Shown: piece after piece, positions 1 through 13,609 of the stretch | How the letters are laid out: the number at the start of each line of letters is the position of its first letter | Numbering within the stretch: the stretch's first letter is position 1 | Assembly: GCF_963921235.1 (NCBI RefSeq) | Contig: NC_086108.1 | Coordinates: forward strand, 10,416,001 to 10,480,000 | Direction: 5' to 3' | Length of the DNA stretch: 64,000 nucleotides | From: Mobula hypostoma | Taxonomy: Eukaryota | Position numbers and translations under genes: made by a program | The notes under the pieces: model-generated | What the model was told of the DNA's origin: nothing | Database searches by the model: none | The model's input: the letters and a program-made list of their open reading frames with translations, nothing else

Positions 1-2010
1 ATGTCCTTTCTTTGACTTTTACAATAGCTTTGACTTCCCATTGTCAGCCATGGTTGTACTATTATACCATTTGAGTATTTCTTCATTTTTGGAATACACA
101 TGTCCTGCACCTTCCTCATTTTTTCCAGAAACTCACACCATCGCTGCTTTGCTGCCAGCCCTGCCAGCATCGCCTTCCAATTTACTTTGGCCAACTCCTC
201 TCTCATACCACTGTAATTTCCTTTACTCCACTGAAATACTGCTACATCAGACTTGACTTTCTCCCTGTCAAATTTCAAGTTGAACACCATTATATTGTGA
301 TGACTGGTTCCTAAGGGTTCTTTTACCTTAAACTCCCTAATCGCCTCTGGTTCATTCCAATCCAGTATAGCTGATCCCTTAGTAGACTCAACGACAAACT
401 GCTCTGAAAGGCTATCTCTTAGGCATTCAACAAACTCACCCTCTTGTGATGAATTACCAACCTAATTTTCCCAATTGACCTGCTTGTTAAAATCTCCCAT
501 GACTACCATAACATTGCCCTTTTGCCTTGCCTTTTCTATTTCCTGTTGTAACCTGTGGTCCACCTCCCAGCCACTGTTGGGAGGCCTGTATATAACTGCC
601 ATCAACACCCTTTTACCCTTGCAGTTTCTTAACTCAACCCACAAGAATTCAACATCTTCCGATCCTATGTCACATCTTCCTACTGATTTGATGCCATTCT
701 TTACCAGTAGAGCCACACCACCCCCTCTGCCTACCTTCCTATCCCTCCAATATAACGTGTAACCTTGGATTTTACTCCCAAATGCAACCATCCTTCAGCC
801 ACCATACAGTGATGGCCACAACATCATACCTGACAATCGGTAATATTACAACAAGATCATCCACCTTATTTCTTATACCACACGCATTCAGATACAACAC
901 CTTGAGTACCATATTTGCTATCCTTTCTGATTCTGCATCCCTAATGATTTGATAGTCAACCTATTGGCTGCAACTAAGTCCCATCACCTGCTTGCCTTTC
1001 CTGACAACCTGACTGAACGCTATCTTTACTTTTTTACCATCTGTTCTTTCCTCAGTCCCTTCACTCCGGTTCCCAACCTCCTGCCAAGTTAGTTTAAACC
1101 TTTCCCAACAGTTCCAACAAACCTACCTGCGAGAATATTGGTTCATCTTGGGTTCAGGTGCCACCCATCACTTTTGAACAGATCATACCTCCCCCAGAAG
1201 AGGTCCCAATGATCCAAGAACCTGAAGCTCTGCTCCCTGCACCAGCTTCTCAGCCACACATTTATCTGCCAAATCATCTTGTTTCTACCCTCACAGGGTG
1301 CATGGCAGATGCAGCAATCTAAAAATTACTACCCTGGAGGTCTTGCTTCTCCAGCTTTCTACCTAACTCTCTAAATTCTCTTTTCAGGACCTCATTGCTT
1401 TCCTTCCAATGTCACTGGTACCAATATGTGCCAAGACATCTGGCTGCTCCCCCTTCCTCTCCAAACTGTTGTGGACGTGATCTGAGACATCCCTGACCCT
1501 GGCACCTGGGAGGCAACATACCATCCGGGTGTCCCGTTCACATCCATAGACTCTCCTGTCTGTTCCCCTCACTATTAAAGCCCCTATCACTACGACTCTC
1601 TTCTTCTCCCTCTTGCCCTTCTGCACCACGGACCCATGCTCAGTGCCTGCAACCCGGTCACCGTGGCATTCTCCCAGGAGGTCATCCCCACAAAAGTATC
1701 CTAAGCGATATACTTGTTTTTGAGGGGAATGGCCACAGGGGTGCTCTGCTCTAACTGCCTATTTCCATTTCTCCTGACGGTCACCCAGCTACTCACCTCC
1801 TGCAACTTCGGGGTGACTACCTCCCTGTAACTTTCATCAGTTATCTCCTCACTCTCCCATACAAGCCGAAGGCCATCCAGTTGCTGCTCCAGATCCCCAA
1901 CATGGTCTTCAAGGAGCTACAACCGGATGCAGCTCATGCAGATGTAGTTCCCCGCGAGACTGTGGGTCTCCCAGTTCTCCAACATCGGGCACGAAGAACA
2001 CACCACGGCC
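1..2010 (-). mobile_element. Degenerate CR1 LINE, 5' part (ORF1 zinc-finger/esterase and ORF2 AP endonuclease); runs off the window start
   Basis: 1384..1629(-) VVVIGALIVRGTDRR..VCCLPGARVRDV..VLAHIGTSD resembles the CR1 ORF1 SGNH esterase. 462..791(-) GRGGGVALLV..LWVEL..YRPP..MGDFN is an APE domain. Confidence 0.9.
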
Positions 2011-2119
2011 ATTTAAATGGCACAGTAAGCGAGGGGGAAAGAAAAACAAAAAGGAAACCTAAACAGGTGCTTTACACAGAGCCAACACCGCTTCTGACAC
2101 CAGTCCTCAGAGCGATCAG

Positions 2120-2390
2120 AAGTGAAAAAGGTGAACAATTTCAAGTTCTTGGGTATCAACATCTCTGTGGATCTCTCCTGGGCCCAACACATCGATGCAA
2201 CAGAAAGTGGATGTATTTCTTTAGGAGTTTGAGAAGATTTGGTATGTCACCAAAGACACTCACAAATTTCTACAGATGTACCCTGGAAAGCATTCTGACC
2301 GGCTGCATCACTGTCTGAAGTGGGTGGGTGGGCGGGGTGGGGGGGGTGCGGCTACTGCACAGGATCAAAACAAGCTGCAGAAAGATGATG
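2120..2390 (+). mobile_element. Rex1/Babar-type LINE fragment (RT C-terminal region)
   Basis: YFFRSLRRFGMSPKTLTNFYRCTLESILTGCITV at the end of ORF 1881..2318. Confidence 0.75.
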
Positions 2391-3319
2391 GTAAAACGGA
2401 GGGCTGTGTTGGAAGGAAACTCCAGATTGATCTTGGAACCAGTTAAAGAGTCGGCACGACATTGTGGGCTGAAGGGCTGTAATGTTCTATGTTCTATGAA
2501 TGAAGGTTCTTACTAATTTATAATGACTCCCTTCAATAAGGAGATTAGTGACAATGATGTAGGCAGGCAGTGGGCAGTATAAGCAGAAATCAAAACATGA
2601 TAAGAGATTCGTATGTAGTGATAACCTCCTGAATATATAAATGTGGAGGTTATTTATGAGTGCTTCCAAGGCAGAATGGTTTTTGCTCGCTTTTTGCCAT
2701 TTGCACAATTTACTCTTTGTTATTGCATGTTGGATGTTTGATGTTTTCCTGAACGGGTTCTATGGTGTTTCTTTGTTTTGTGGCTGACTGCAGAAAGATG
2801 AATTTCAGAGTTGTATTCTGTATCCATACTTTGATAATAAATATACTTTGAATCTTTGCAACTTCTGTGTGTGTACAGGGATAAGCAGACTGGCTTGGGT
2901 AGAAGAGTGAAATTCCAGCTAAGCATTCAGCACAGCATTTTTTAACAGTATTTCCAGGTTCAATAAAGGCGAAACCACATTTTATTTAATAATGAATAAT
3001 GAGGCAGATTCAGCGAGTATCGTGATGGTGGGAGCTCGTTTATCTAATCGGCAGCATCATTGATTGAGTGCAATGTCAGAGGCACAGAGATGGAGAACAA
3101 TTCCTAACTTACTGCTGTTAGCTGAGCCTTCCACTTGATGAGACGGATGTGATCGACAATAAATTGGGCAGACCCTGAGTAGAACCAGAGAATCACTGCC
3201 ATGTAGGAAAAGGACATTTGGCCCATAGAACTTGTGCTAGTCCTTTACAGGGCAATCTATTCAGATTTATTACCCCACTCTTACCCCCAGTCCGACAATA
3301 TTTTATCCAGTTTATAGCA

Positions 3320-3500
3320 ACACACATAAAACACTGGAGGAACTCAGCAGGTCAGGCAGCGTATATGGAAACGAGTGACCAGTCGACACTTTGAGCTGAG
3401 GCCCTTCCTCAGGACTTTGAAGGAAGGGGGAAGACACCAGAATAAAAAGGTGGGGAAAGGTGAAAGAGGCTTGCTGGAAGGTGATAGGTGAAGCCAGCCC
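3320..3500 (-). mobile_element. Short non-autonomous Penelope-derived repeat with degenerate hammerhead motif
   Basis: Reverse complement matches the 3' end of the Penelope element at 48280-48495 (agtcctgaggaagggcctcagctcaaagtgtcgactg). Confidence 0.65.
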
Positions 3501-4107
3501 GTTGTGCTCGATATTGAGGGGGAGTGCAGAGCATACCAGGATGCCAGCATGCAGGCCATTCAGCTGAACTTCATTGACAATACTGCTTGTATGTGAACTC
3601 CTCCCATGTGGGAGCGGCTAGCTGAGTGGCACGGAAACAACACTATTTCCTACCACTACATCTCCCCTTCTTGAAATAAAAGAAAAACTCGGAATGTACC
3701 TTTTGTCTATAGAACTGCATTGAAATTATAGTCAGTGAAATTGAGCGATTCAATTCACTTTAACCAGAGCACGTAACTTATCATCCTTATGTAAACATGA
3801 AAAAAAAATTGCCAACATTATAACTGTGTTTGCTTTAACCATCTCTCTTTGTTTCCCACCCTTTTTCCCATCAATTCCTTTTCTTTGGAGAATGTTCTCA
3901 TCTGTGAAATGCTTTCAACGTTAGAACTCCTTTTAAGAAACACCAAATCTAATGGAGGTCAGAGTAGACCACCTGAGCATTCTGGCAAACTGAGAGTTTT
4001 TTCGGGTTTAAGGTCACTGGCATCGGTCATGAAGTTTGCCATTTTGCAGCAGCAGAACATTGCAATGCATAATAATAAAAATAAACTATAAATTACAATA
4101 GGAAAAG

Positions 4108-4641
4108 CAGTACTGTGCAAATGTTTAAGTACATACTGTATATATAGCCAGAGTGCCGAAGACTTTTTCACAGTGCTGTATTTATTCATGTGCAGTGGAA
4201 AACAAATTTGTAAATCTGGCGGGAGCAAAGAGTGTTGGGAATGGCGAGCAAGGAGCGGTGTGGGAGGGGTGTGGGACTGGTGGCAGAGAAGGAGTGCCAG
4301 GGGCAGGGGGTGGTGTGGGTGCAGACACACCCAGCCCTGAGACACCAGGCAAGGTCATTTGATTCCAAACAATTGGTTTATTGATCATCGCAGAATGTCT
4401 CTCTGGTGCTTCCTCTCCCTTCCTCTTTTCCCAACCATGATTCCCCTCTCCCTGCCTCCTTCCCACTCTCAGTCCACGATAGAGAACCATATCAGAGTCA
4501 GGTTTATCATCACTCACACAAGTCGTGAAATTTGGTTTTTTTTGTGACAACAGTACAGTGCCATACATAAACTCACTACAACACTGTACAAAAGTCTTAG
4601 CCCTCGCTATTTATATATGCCTAGGAATTTGCACAGTACAG
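4108..4641. mobile_element. Composite non-autonomous DNA element: two ~65-bp Tc1/mariner-like MITEs flanking a ~400-bp body
   Basis: CAGTACTGTGCAAA..TTTGCACAGTAC-type inverted termini at 4108-4178 and 4579-4641; homologous copy at 25993-26832. Confidence 0.6.
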
Positions 4642-5339
4642 TACATGTAAAAATATTATATTAAGTAATTAGTACAAAAAGTGAACAAAAAAATGAAAAA
4701 AATCATGAGGTAGTATTCGTGGATTTATTGTCCATTCAGAGATCTGATGGTGGAGAGGAAGAAGCTGTTCCTGAAATATTGAGTGTGTGTCTTCAGTCTC
4801 CTGTACCTCCTTCCTGATGGTAGCAATGAGAAGAGGGTACGTCCTGTTCAAGACAGCATTCAAGGCTCTCTTGAACTTTACCCAGTGCATTGCTCTGCTG
4901 CGTGTGAAGGAGCTTTTCCTTGTATTTTTCATCCACAGGTTTAGATGTTCCCACGTGTGGATCATTCAACTTTGTGCTACATCCTCGTGTATGAACATCT
5001 ACCTCCTGTGTACACGGCTTGAAACAGGCACAACCTTGTCCATCTCCATCAGATCTCCGCTTGTCCTTCTCGGCTCTGAGAATAACTCCAGCTTCTCCAG
5101 ACAAATCCTGGAGCTGAAATCACTCATCCCTGGAGCGATTCTAACCAATTGTTTCAGCATCCTCTCCAGGATATTCATATCCTTCCTATCATATCGACCA
5201 GAACTGCTTAAATTTAACTGTAGGTTATCTAGTATTTCATCTATACGACATAGGAGCAGAATTGGGCCATTTGGTCAAATCAAGTCTGCTCCACCATCTT
5301 CTCTTGGGTGATTTATTATCCCTCTCAACCCCTTTAGAT

Positions 5340-8300
5340 TCATAGGGTCATAGAGCACCACAGCATATAAAGAAGCTCTTCAGCCCATCTAGTCTATGTT
5401 GAACCATTAATCTGACTTTTACCAGAACCATAGCCCCTTTTACCCATCCCATCCGTGTACCTATCCAAATTTGTCTTAATAGTTGAATTCAAAATTATAT
5501 CCACCATTTATGCTGCGGGCTTGTTCTACTCTCTCACCACCATCATGTTCTCTTTAAACATTTCACTTTTCACCCCTAACACATCACCTCTAGCTGTTGT
5601 CCTACCCAACCGCAGTGGAAAAAGCCTACTTGCATTTACCCTGTCTATACCCCTCATAAATTTGTATACCCTGATCAAATCTCCCCTCAGTCTTCGACAT
5701 TCCAGGGAATAAAGTCCTAAATCTATTCAATCTTTCCTTATAACTCCAGGTCCTCCAGTCCCAGCAACGTAAATTTTCTCTACACTCTCTCAATCTTATT
5801 TACATCTTTCCTGCAGGTAGGTGTCGAAAACTGCATACATTATTCCCAATTAGACCTTGCCAAGGTCTTGTACAATTTCAGCATAACATCCCATCTCCTA
5901 TTCTCAATACTTTGATTTATGAAGGCTAACATGCCAAGATCTGTCTTTGTGACCCTATCTTCTTGTGATGCCACTTTCAGGGAATTTTGAGACTGTATAC
6001 CCAGATCCCTCTGTTCCACGACACTCCTTAGTACCCTACTGTTATCTACCCTTGCTGGTCCTATGGAAATGCAACACCTCGCACTTGTCTGCATTAAATT
6101 CCATCTGCCTTTTTCAGCCCATTTCACTAGCTGTGATAGATCCCCCTGCAAGGCATGATAACCTTCCTCACTGTCCGCTACCCCCCCAAACATAGTGTCA
6201 TCTGCAAATCTGCTGATGCAGTTAACCACATTGTCATCCAGATTATTGATAGAGATGACAAACATCAATGGACCCAGCACTGATCCCTGCGGCACACCAC
6301 TAGTCACAGGCCATCAGTTAGAGAGGCAACATCTACAACCACTCTCTGTCTTCTTCTGTGTAGCCAATGTCTAATCCAATTTACTACCTCATCCTGAATG
6401 CCAAGCGACTGAACCTCCTTGTCCAACCTTATCAAAGATTGTCAAAGGCCTTGTTAAAGTCCCTGTAGACAACTGACTTGCTTTCATCAACTTTCCTGGT
6501 AAATTCCTAGTAAAACTCTTTAAGATCAGTTAGTCACTTCTTACAAGGCACAAAACTGTGTTGACTATCCCTAATCAGTCCCTGTCTATCCAAATACTTA
6601 TATATATCTGGTCCCTGAGACTATGTTCCATTAACTTTCCCACTACTGATGTCAGGCTCACTGGTCTATAATTTCCTGGCTTGTTTTTAGAGCCTTTCTT
6701 AAACAGTAGAACAGCATCAGCTATCCTCCAATCCTCCAGCACTTTACCCATGACTAAGAATATTTTAAATACCTCTGCTATGGCCCCAGCAGATCAGACC
6801 CTGTGGATTTATTCACCTAATTTGCCTCAAGACTGCAAGTGTCTCCTCCTCTGTGATCTGTATAGGGTCTATGATGTTGTGGCTTTGCCTCATTTCTATA
6901 AACTCTGTGTCTGTCTCCCAGGTAAATAGAGATGCAAATAATCCGTTAGATCTCTCTCATCTCTTTTGGCTCCATGCATAGATCTCCCAGAGGACCAATC
7001 TTGTTCCTTTCTATCCTTTTGCTTTTAATACATCTGTGCAAGCTCTTAGAAGTCTCCTTCACCTTGTCTTCTGGAGCAACCTCATTTCTTCTTTTAGCCC
7101 TCCTGATTTCCTTCTTAAGTGTTCTTTTGTATTTCTATGCTCCTCAAGTACCTCATTTGCTCCTGCCTGCCTATATCTGCTATGCATCTCCTTCTTTTTC
7201 TTAACCAGGGCCTCAATATCTCTCAAAAACCAAGGCTCCCCAAACTGGCGACCTTTACCTTTTATTCTGACGGGCACATACAAGCTTTGTACTCTAAAAA
7301 ATTCACTTGTGAAGGCATTCGCCTTACCAAGTACACCTTTGCCATAAAACAGCCTGTTCCAATTCACACATAACATAGAACATAGAATAGTATAGCATAG
7401 TACAGGCCCTTCAGCCCACAATGTTGTGCCAACCCTCAAACCCTGCCTCCCATATAAGCCCCCACCTTAAATCCCTCCATATACCTGTCGAGTAGTCTCT
7501 TAAACTTCACCAGTGTATCTGCCTCCACCACTGACTCAGGCAGTGCATTCCATGCACCAACCACTCTCTGAGTAAAAAACCTTCCTCTAATATCCCCCTT
7601 GAACTTCCCACCCCTTACCTTAAAGCCATGTCCTCTTGTATTGAGCAGTGGTGCCCTGGGGAAGAGGCGCTGGCTGTCCACTCTATCTATTCCTCTTATT
7701 ATCTTGTACACCTCTATCGTGTTTCCTCTCATCCTCCTTCTCTCCAAAGAGTAAAGCCCTAGCTCCCTTAATCTCTGATCATAATGCATACTCTCTAGAC
7801 CAGGCAGCATCCTGGTAAATCTCCTCTGTACCCTTTCCAATGCTTCCACATCCTTCCTATAGTGAGGCGACCAGAACTGGACACAGTACTCCAAGTGTGG
7901 CCTAACCAGAATTTTATAGAGCTGCATCATTACCTCGCGACTCTTAAACTCTATCCCTCGGCTTATGAAAGCTAACACCCCATAAGCTTTCTTAACTACC
8001 CTATCCACCTGTGAGGCAACTTTCAGGGATCTGTGGACATGTACCCCTAGATCCCTCTGCTTCTCCACACTACCAAGTATCCTGCCATTTACTTTGATCT
8101 CTGCCTTGGAGTTTGTCCTTCCAAAGTGTACCACCTCACACTTCTCCGGGTTGAACTCCATCTGCCACTTCTCAGCCCACTTCTGCATCCTATCAATGTC
8201 CCTCTGCAATCTTTGACAATCCTCTACACTATCTACAACATCACCAACCTTTGTGTCGTCTGCAAACTTGCCAACACACCCTTCTACCCCTACATCCAGG

Positions 8301-10040
8301 TCATCAATATCCTTTCTGATAACATCAAAATTGGCCTCTTATCAATTCAGAATCTCAACCCATGGAACACACCAGACCTATCTTTTTTCCATATTTACTT
8401 TGAAACTAACAGCATTATGGTCACTAGATACAAAGTGTCCTCCTACACAAACTTCTGTCGCCTGCCCTATCTCATTTCCGAATAGGAGATCTAGTGTTGC
8501 ACACTCTGTCATTGAGTCTTCTATGTACTGATTAAGGAAACTTTCCTGAACACACTTGACAAACTCTATCCCATCTAGTCCTTTTACACTATAGGAGTCC
8601 CAGTCAATATGTGGAACGTTAAAATCACCTACAACTTTGTGTTTCTTGCAACAATTTGCAATCTCTCTACAAATTTGTGCTCAATCCCTTGCCCTGTTTG
8701 GGTGGTCTGTAATACAGCCCCATTAACGTGATCATACCTTTCTTATTCCTCAGTTTCACCCATAAATCCTCACTAGACAAGTTCTCCAGACTGTCCTGAG
8801 AGAGCACTGCTGTGACATTCTCTCTGACTAGTAACACCACACCTCCACATTTAATCCCTCCCATTCTATCACAACTAAAACAACAGAACTGAAATACTGA
8901 GCTGCCAGTCCTGCCCCTCCTGCAACCAGGTCTCAATAATGGCTACAATATCATAATCCCTGTTTTGATGCATGCCCTGAGCCCATCTGCCTTTCTTACA
9001 ATACTCAATGCAGCTCAGAACACAAATCCCACCATGCTCGACCTTTTGATTCCTGACTTTGTCTGAGGTCTTAACAGCATCTGGCGCCATAGTCTCTCCA
9101 CTATCTGTTCTTGCACTGTGATTCTCATCTCTCTGCAACTCCCTCCCCATTCCCCCCACAGCACTAACAAACCTTCCCACGAGGATATTAGTCCCCTCCA
9201 GTTCAGGAGCAAACCATCTCTCCTGTAAAGGTCTCACCTTCCCTGGAAGAGAGTCCAATGGTCCAAAATCTGAAGCCTTACTTCTTAGCCACATGTTAAT
9301 CTGGATGATCTTCCTTTTTCTGGCCTCATTAGCACTTGGCATAGGTAGCAAACCTGAGATCACAACACCGGAGGTCCTGTCCTTTAACTTGACACCTAAC
9401 TCCCTGAATTCACTTTACAGGGCCTCATTATGCCCCCTATGCATGTCATTGGTACTGACATGGACCATGGCCTCTGACTGCTCACCCTCTCACTTAAGAA
9501 TGCTGTGGACTCGAACCGAGATGTCTCTGACCCTGGCACCTAGGAGGCAACAAACCACCTGGGAAGCTCGTTCTTGTCCAAAGAACTTCCTTTCTGTTTC
9601 AGTATCCAATGAATCCCTTATTACTACAGCTCATCTCTTCTCCCTCCTTACCTTCTGAACCACAGAGCCAAACTCGATGCCTGAGATCTGACTGCTTTGT
9701 CTTTCCTCTGCTAGTCATAACCCCCAACAATATCCAAAGCACATCAGCCTGCTGTTGGGGAGAACAGCCACAGGAGCACTTTGCACTGGCTGCCTATCCC
9801 CTTTCCCCCTTCTGATGGTCACCCAGTACAGTACCTGGTCCTGCACCTTGGGTGTAACTACCTCCCTGTATGTCCTCTCTATCACTCCTTCAGCCTCTAA
9901 AATGATCTGGAGTTCATCCAGTTCCAGCTCCAACTCCTTAACAGGGTCTGTTAGAAATTGCAGCTGAAAGCACTTCTTGCAGGTGTAGACATCAGGGACA
10001 CTGGACATCTCCTTAACTTCTCACATCCCACAAGAGTGAC
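5340..10040 (-). mobile_element. Near full-length, heavily degenerate CR1 LINE interrupted by a younger CR1
   Basis: ORF1 remnants 9715..10008 (YTCKKCFQLQFL) and 8875..9363; APE 8667..8936 (YYRPP); RT 5840..6307 (SGVPQGSVLGP, FADD); 3' tail near 5340. Confidence 0.88.
7371..8307 (-). mobile_element. Young 5'-truncated CR1 nested in the older CR1
   Basis: Uninterrupted 257-aa ORF2 C-terminus 7436..8209 (WAEKWQMEFNPEKC, VRPHLEYCVQFWSP); (TTCTATG)n tail at 7371-7388. Confidence 0.92.
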
Positions 10041-10980
10041 ATTCCAGTAACCAGTTTGCCGTCCTCGCTGTCACCTGCCAACAAATCAGTGAATTAGACT
10101 TGCAGCATTCCACATTAACAATATCCTTGTGTCTTGCAATCACAGAAAAGTGACTAAGACGGTTGCTCACTGTTAGACTGCACACCGCCTCCGCACACTG
10201 ATGCAGGAGGCAGCGCGATCTGCACCATGTCCAGACCCTTCAGTTTCTCTGCCAACGCGCAACTTGTTGATGGGGTAGACCCGCTATACTTTAAGTTCTT
10301 AATGTCCAGAAGGGTCTTGTGATTGCAAAAAATATGTTTAGAAAAGAAAATAGCACCTTTGGTTGACCCCATAGAAGTTGCAGCCACCATCTTATCCTGG
10401 TGGAGAAAGGATCATAAACTTTAGATCTGAGACTAATAGACTTCGGGGAACAAAATGGATGAAGTGATAGAGGGAATAGGCAGGATGGAGACTCACTGGA
10501 CATCTGAGGGGGGTGAATGGCCTCCCCTTATGGACCATTAGTGTACGGATAGGATCAGGCATGACATTCCTTCCATTGAATCAAACAGGCTGCAGGGACC
10601 TTCAGTAACCAACTGGCTTTCCTGTGGGAGGACTATCCTAAACTCTGTTTCAATTCTCCAATCCAATTCTTGGACATCACCTTGCATTCATCCAGTGCTC
10701 CAAGAAAAACCGCCGTCCCAATGCCCCTGATCAAATACTTTTGACAAGGAGCTATAGAAAGAGAGGGCAGATGACTGAAAACTATGTGAAAGGGGTGGGC
10801 TTTAAGGAAGATCTTGAAAAAGAAGTCCGATATGCACGTGGATGGTTTAGGAAAGGAATAACAGGGGTGGGATCTCTAGCAGCTGAAGGCAGGACCACCA
10901 GGAAATAAGGACAATCAAGACCACCTGGAATGGGGCAATGGAAATGAGGACCATCGGGACCACAAAGACCATTAGGAATA

Positions 10981-11996
10981 TGTCATGGTCCGGTCCGTGA
11001 AGTCCGTATTCCGGTTCATGGTCCGGTCCATCGACCCTTGCTCCAGGTTTTCCTGTGTACTCTGTTTCTGTTCCTGTTGAGCTCTAATTGAGCCAGCTGA
11101 TGCTCATTGGGGCTGGCTGTATAAATACCTTCAGAGACCAGGGCGTGGGTGCTGGATTGTTCTTGTCCTTACTCCTTGTATCCCTTCCCCTGCCTTCTGT
11201 TTCCTCACCTGAAGCCCTGCCTTGTCTTGCCGGTAACTCTCGCCTCGCCTGAAGTTCTCGTCTCACCTTGCTTTGCCAGAAGCCTTGCCGTGTCTTGCTG
11301 GTAACTCTCACCTCATCTCGCCTGCAGTCTTGTCCTGGAGCCACCCTGTACCTAACTCCCTTCCTGTCCCTTGCCTCCGCCCAGGTAAGACAGGCTGTCT
11401 TGCCATTACCTGCGGTTGGTTTTGTCCCTTACTGTCCCTTGCCTCTGTCGGGTAAGTCATGCCGTCTTGCCGTTACCTGTGGTTGGTTCTGTCCCTTCCT
11501 GTTCCATGCCTCCATCGGGTAGTGATCCGCGCCCTGCCCAGGAGTACCGCACTCTGCCCAGGCGAACCACGCCCTGCCCAGGAGGAGCCTGCCTAGCCTC
11601 AAGCCTGAAGACTCCAGCCTCCTGCCTAGCCTCAAGCCTGAAGACTCCAGCCTCCCGCCCAGCCTCAAGCCTGAAGACTTCAGCCTCCTGCCTCCTGCCA
11701 AGCTTCGCCTCTAGCCTCAAGCCTGAAGACTCCAGTCTCATCCTGCCTGCCTGCCAAGCCTCGTCCTTGCCTAATTCTGGGGTCCGAGCCAGAGGCAAGA
11801 CCCAGGTACTGGGTCCTTGTCCAGTCTCTGGCTCAGAGTCCAAACCCTGGCTCCTAGCTCTCTTGTCCAGTCCTGTTCCAGGTTCCTGGTTTTTGTGTCC
11901 ATGTCCTTGCCCTCAGCCTGTATCCTAGTCCTGCCCCTAGTACTTCAGTGTCTGTGTCTTGCACTTGGGTCCGTCCCCAGCCACCTCCTTATGACA
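10981..11996 (+). mobile_element. Solo LTR (Gypsy-like), ~1.0 kb
   Basis: TGTCAT...ATGACA termini; exact 5-bp TSD GAATA (10976-10980 and 11997-12001); TATAAATA at 11120. Confidence 0.85.
11589..11735 (+). repeat. ~33-bp tandem repeat inside the solo LTR
   Basis: cctagcctcaagcctgaagactccagcctcctg, about 4 copies. Confidence 0.85.
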
Positions 11997-12269
11997 GAAT
12001 ATGGGTAATAGAAATGAGGATCACCAGGACTACAAGAAATAGAGAAATGAATATGAGAAATTCCTGGGAGGCCAGAAATAGAGGCCTGGAGAGATCATGG
12101 AGCCCTATATGATTGGACAATGTTACTGATAAAGTGAGATGAAGGCATGAAGGGATTATTAAAGAATTGAGTCCTTATTGAGCACATCACTGGGCTGGCT
12201 GATGCGCTTGTGCACTTCTGTATTGATTGTCTACTCAAAAGCAGCCAGATAAATTGGTGGTCTTCCTTC

Positions 12270-12650
12270 TTGAATCACTGAGGTCAAAGGAGGTATAAGG
12301 CACTCCTTCCCTCCACTAGCCTGCAGATCATCCTTGGACAAGGTGCAGCACCTGCTTGGCCCTCTCCCACCATCCCCAAGCCCTGATCAGACTCATGTAA
12401 AGCCAGGATGGGTGGAGAAGCAGGTGCATGTCACAAGTCCTGGTTATCACAAGATCACTAACAACAGGCAGACAATCTCTGAAGAGTATTGATATTGCCT
12501 GGGGTCACCTGTCTTGTAAAGACACTGCCCAGAAGATGACAATGGCAAGCAACTTTGGTAGAAAAATTTGCTCAGAATGATCGCGGTCAAAAGACCATGA
12601 TCCCCCACATCATCTGACACAGCACATAATCATGATGATGATAATGATTA
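12270..12650 (+). mobile_element. RTE-related short non-autonomous element (SINE-like)
   Basis: 3' motif aatggcaagcaact..gaaaaatttgc resembles BovB/RTE 3' ends; (ATG)n tail; homologous to 48668-49285. Confidence 0.55.
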
Positions 12651-12851
12651 CCCTTACTATGCTGGCACAGGGAGATCCCATGCATTCCAAGAGTAGAGAT
12701 TTTTTTCTTCTAGTTATATAGAGCAGTGGTGAGGCTACATCACTGGCCTCCCTTCCAGTGATTGAAGGTGTGTAAGAAAGATCCCTCGGATTATTGGCAG
12801 GAATGGCAGGGTTAGTCCTCTGCAAAGATATTAATCAGACTGCGTCTGTAA

Positions 12852-12931
12852 CAGGGGCTTCCAACTTGGTGTCCATGGACCCCCTCCTTAATGGTATTGG
12901 TCCATGCCATAAAAACGGTTGGGAAGCCCTG
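12852..12931. mobile_element. ~80-bp hAT-like MITE
   Basis: Inverted termini cagggg-cttccaac...gttgggaagccctg; no clean 8-bp TSD. Confidence 0.5.
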
Positions 12932-13609
12932 ATTTAGAGGAATGAAGGCTCTCTCATTGAAAGGTATAAAAATCTTTCTGGGGCTTGAAGGCGTAGAGTA
13001 GGACTGCTGCTTCCCCTAGCAGGGTTTTCCTCAGTCATCAGTTACTCACATTCACTATTAAGGAATTTGCTAGTCAGAGGCTTACAGAAAAGTGGAGCAA
13101 GGGTACGGATAGCCATGGTCTTATAGGGCAGCAGGGCAGGCAGGAAGGGCTGAATGGTCTACTCCTGTCTGTAAGCTCTGAGCTGGATAACTTGGTAATT
13201 GTTGAAACACTGAGTCAACTGACCAGAGTTAGGAAACTTATAAGGCCCTGGCGATGATCCCAGCCCCTGGGAGTGGGTTTGGAAAGATTCCAGAGAGGAT
13301 TCACTTCCTGTTCTCTGACACATTAGGGGATGGTCATCATCTAATGGCACTAAGAAGACTTCCACCTCACACATTTTGCCCGTACCATTCAATGACCTGT
13401 CAACAGCCACAGGCTACCAAGACTTTGGTCCCAATTTTGGTGCCAGACCTTTGCCAATGCTATTGGACCCAACTGAGTGAAAACCCAAGTCCAAACAGAA
13501 GATGGAAGGCTTGAAGATCACACACAAAATGGTGGAGGAACTCAGAAAAGCCTGATGAAGGGTCTCGGCCCTGAATGCTGACTGATTGTATCTGTTTGGA
13601 GTCCTGCAG

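Noticed and set aside
1619..1640. REST/RE1-like site TTCTGCACCACGGAC
   Set aside because: The right half-site is missing and the motif lies within CR1 ORF1 sequence.
4787..5311. 174-aa ORF
   Set aside because: Antisense to Rex1 and CR1 fragments; no recognisable domain.
11416..11928. 170-aa and overlapping repetitive ORFs (ASSLKTP repeats)
   Set aside because: By-product of the 33-bp tandem repeat inside a solo LTR.
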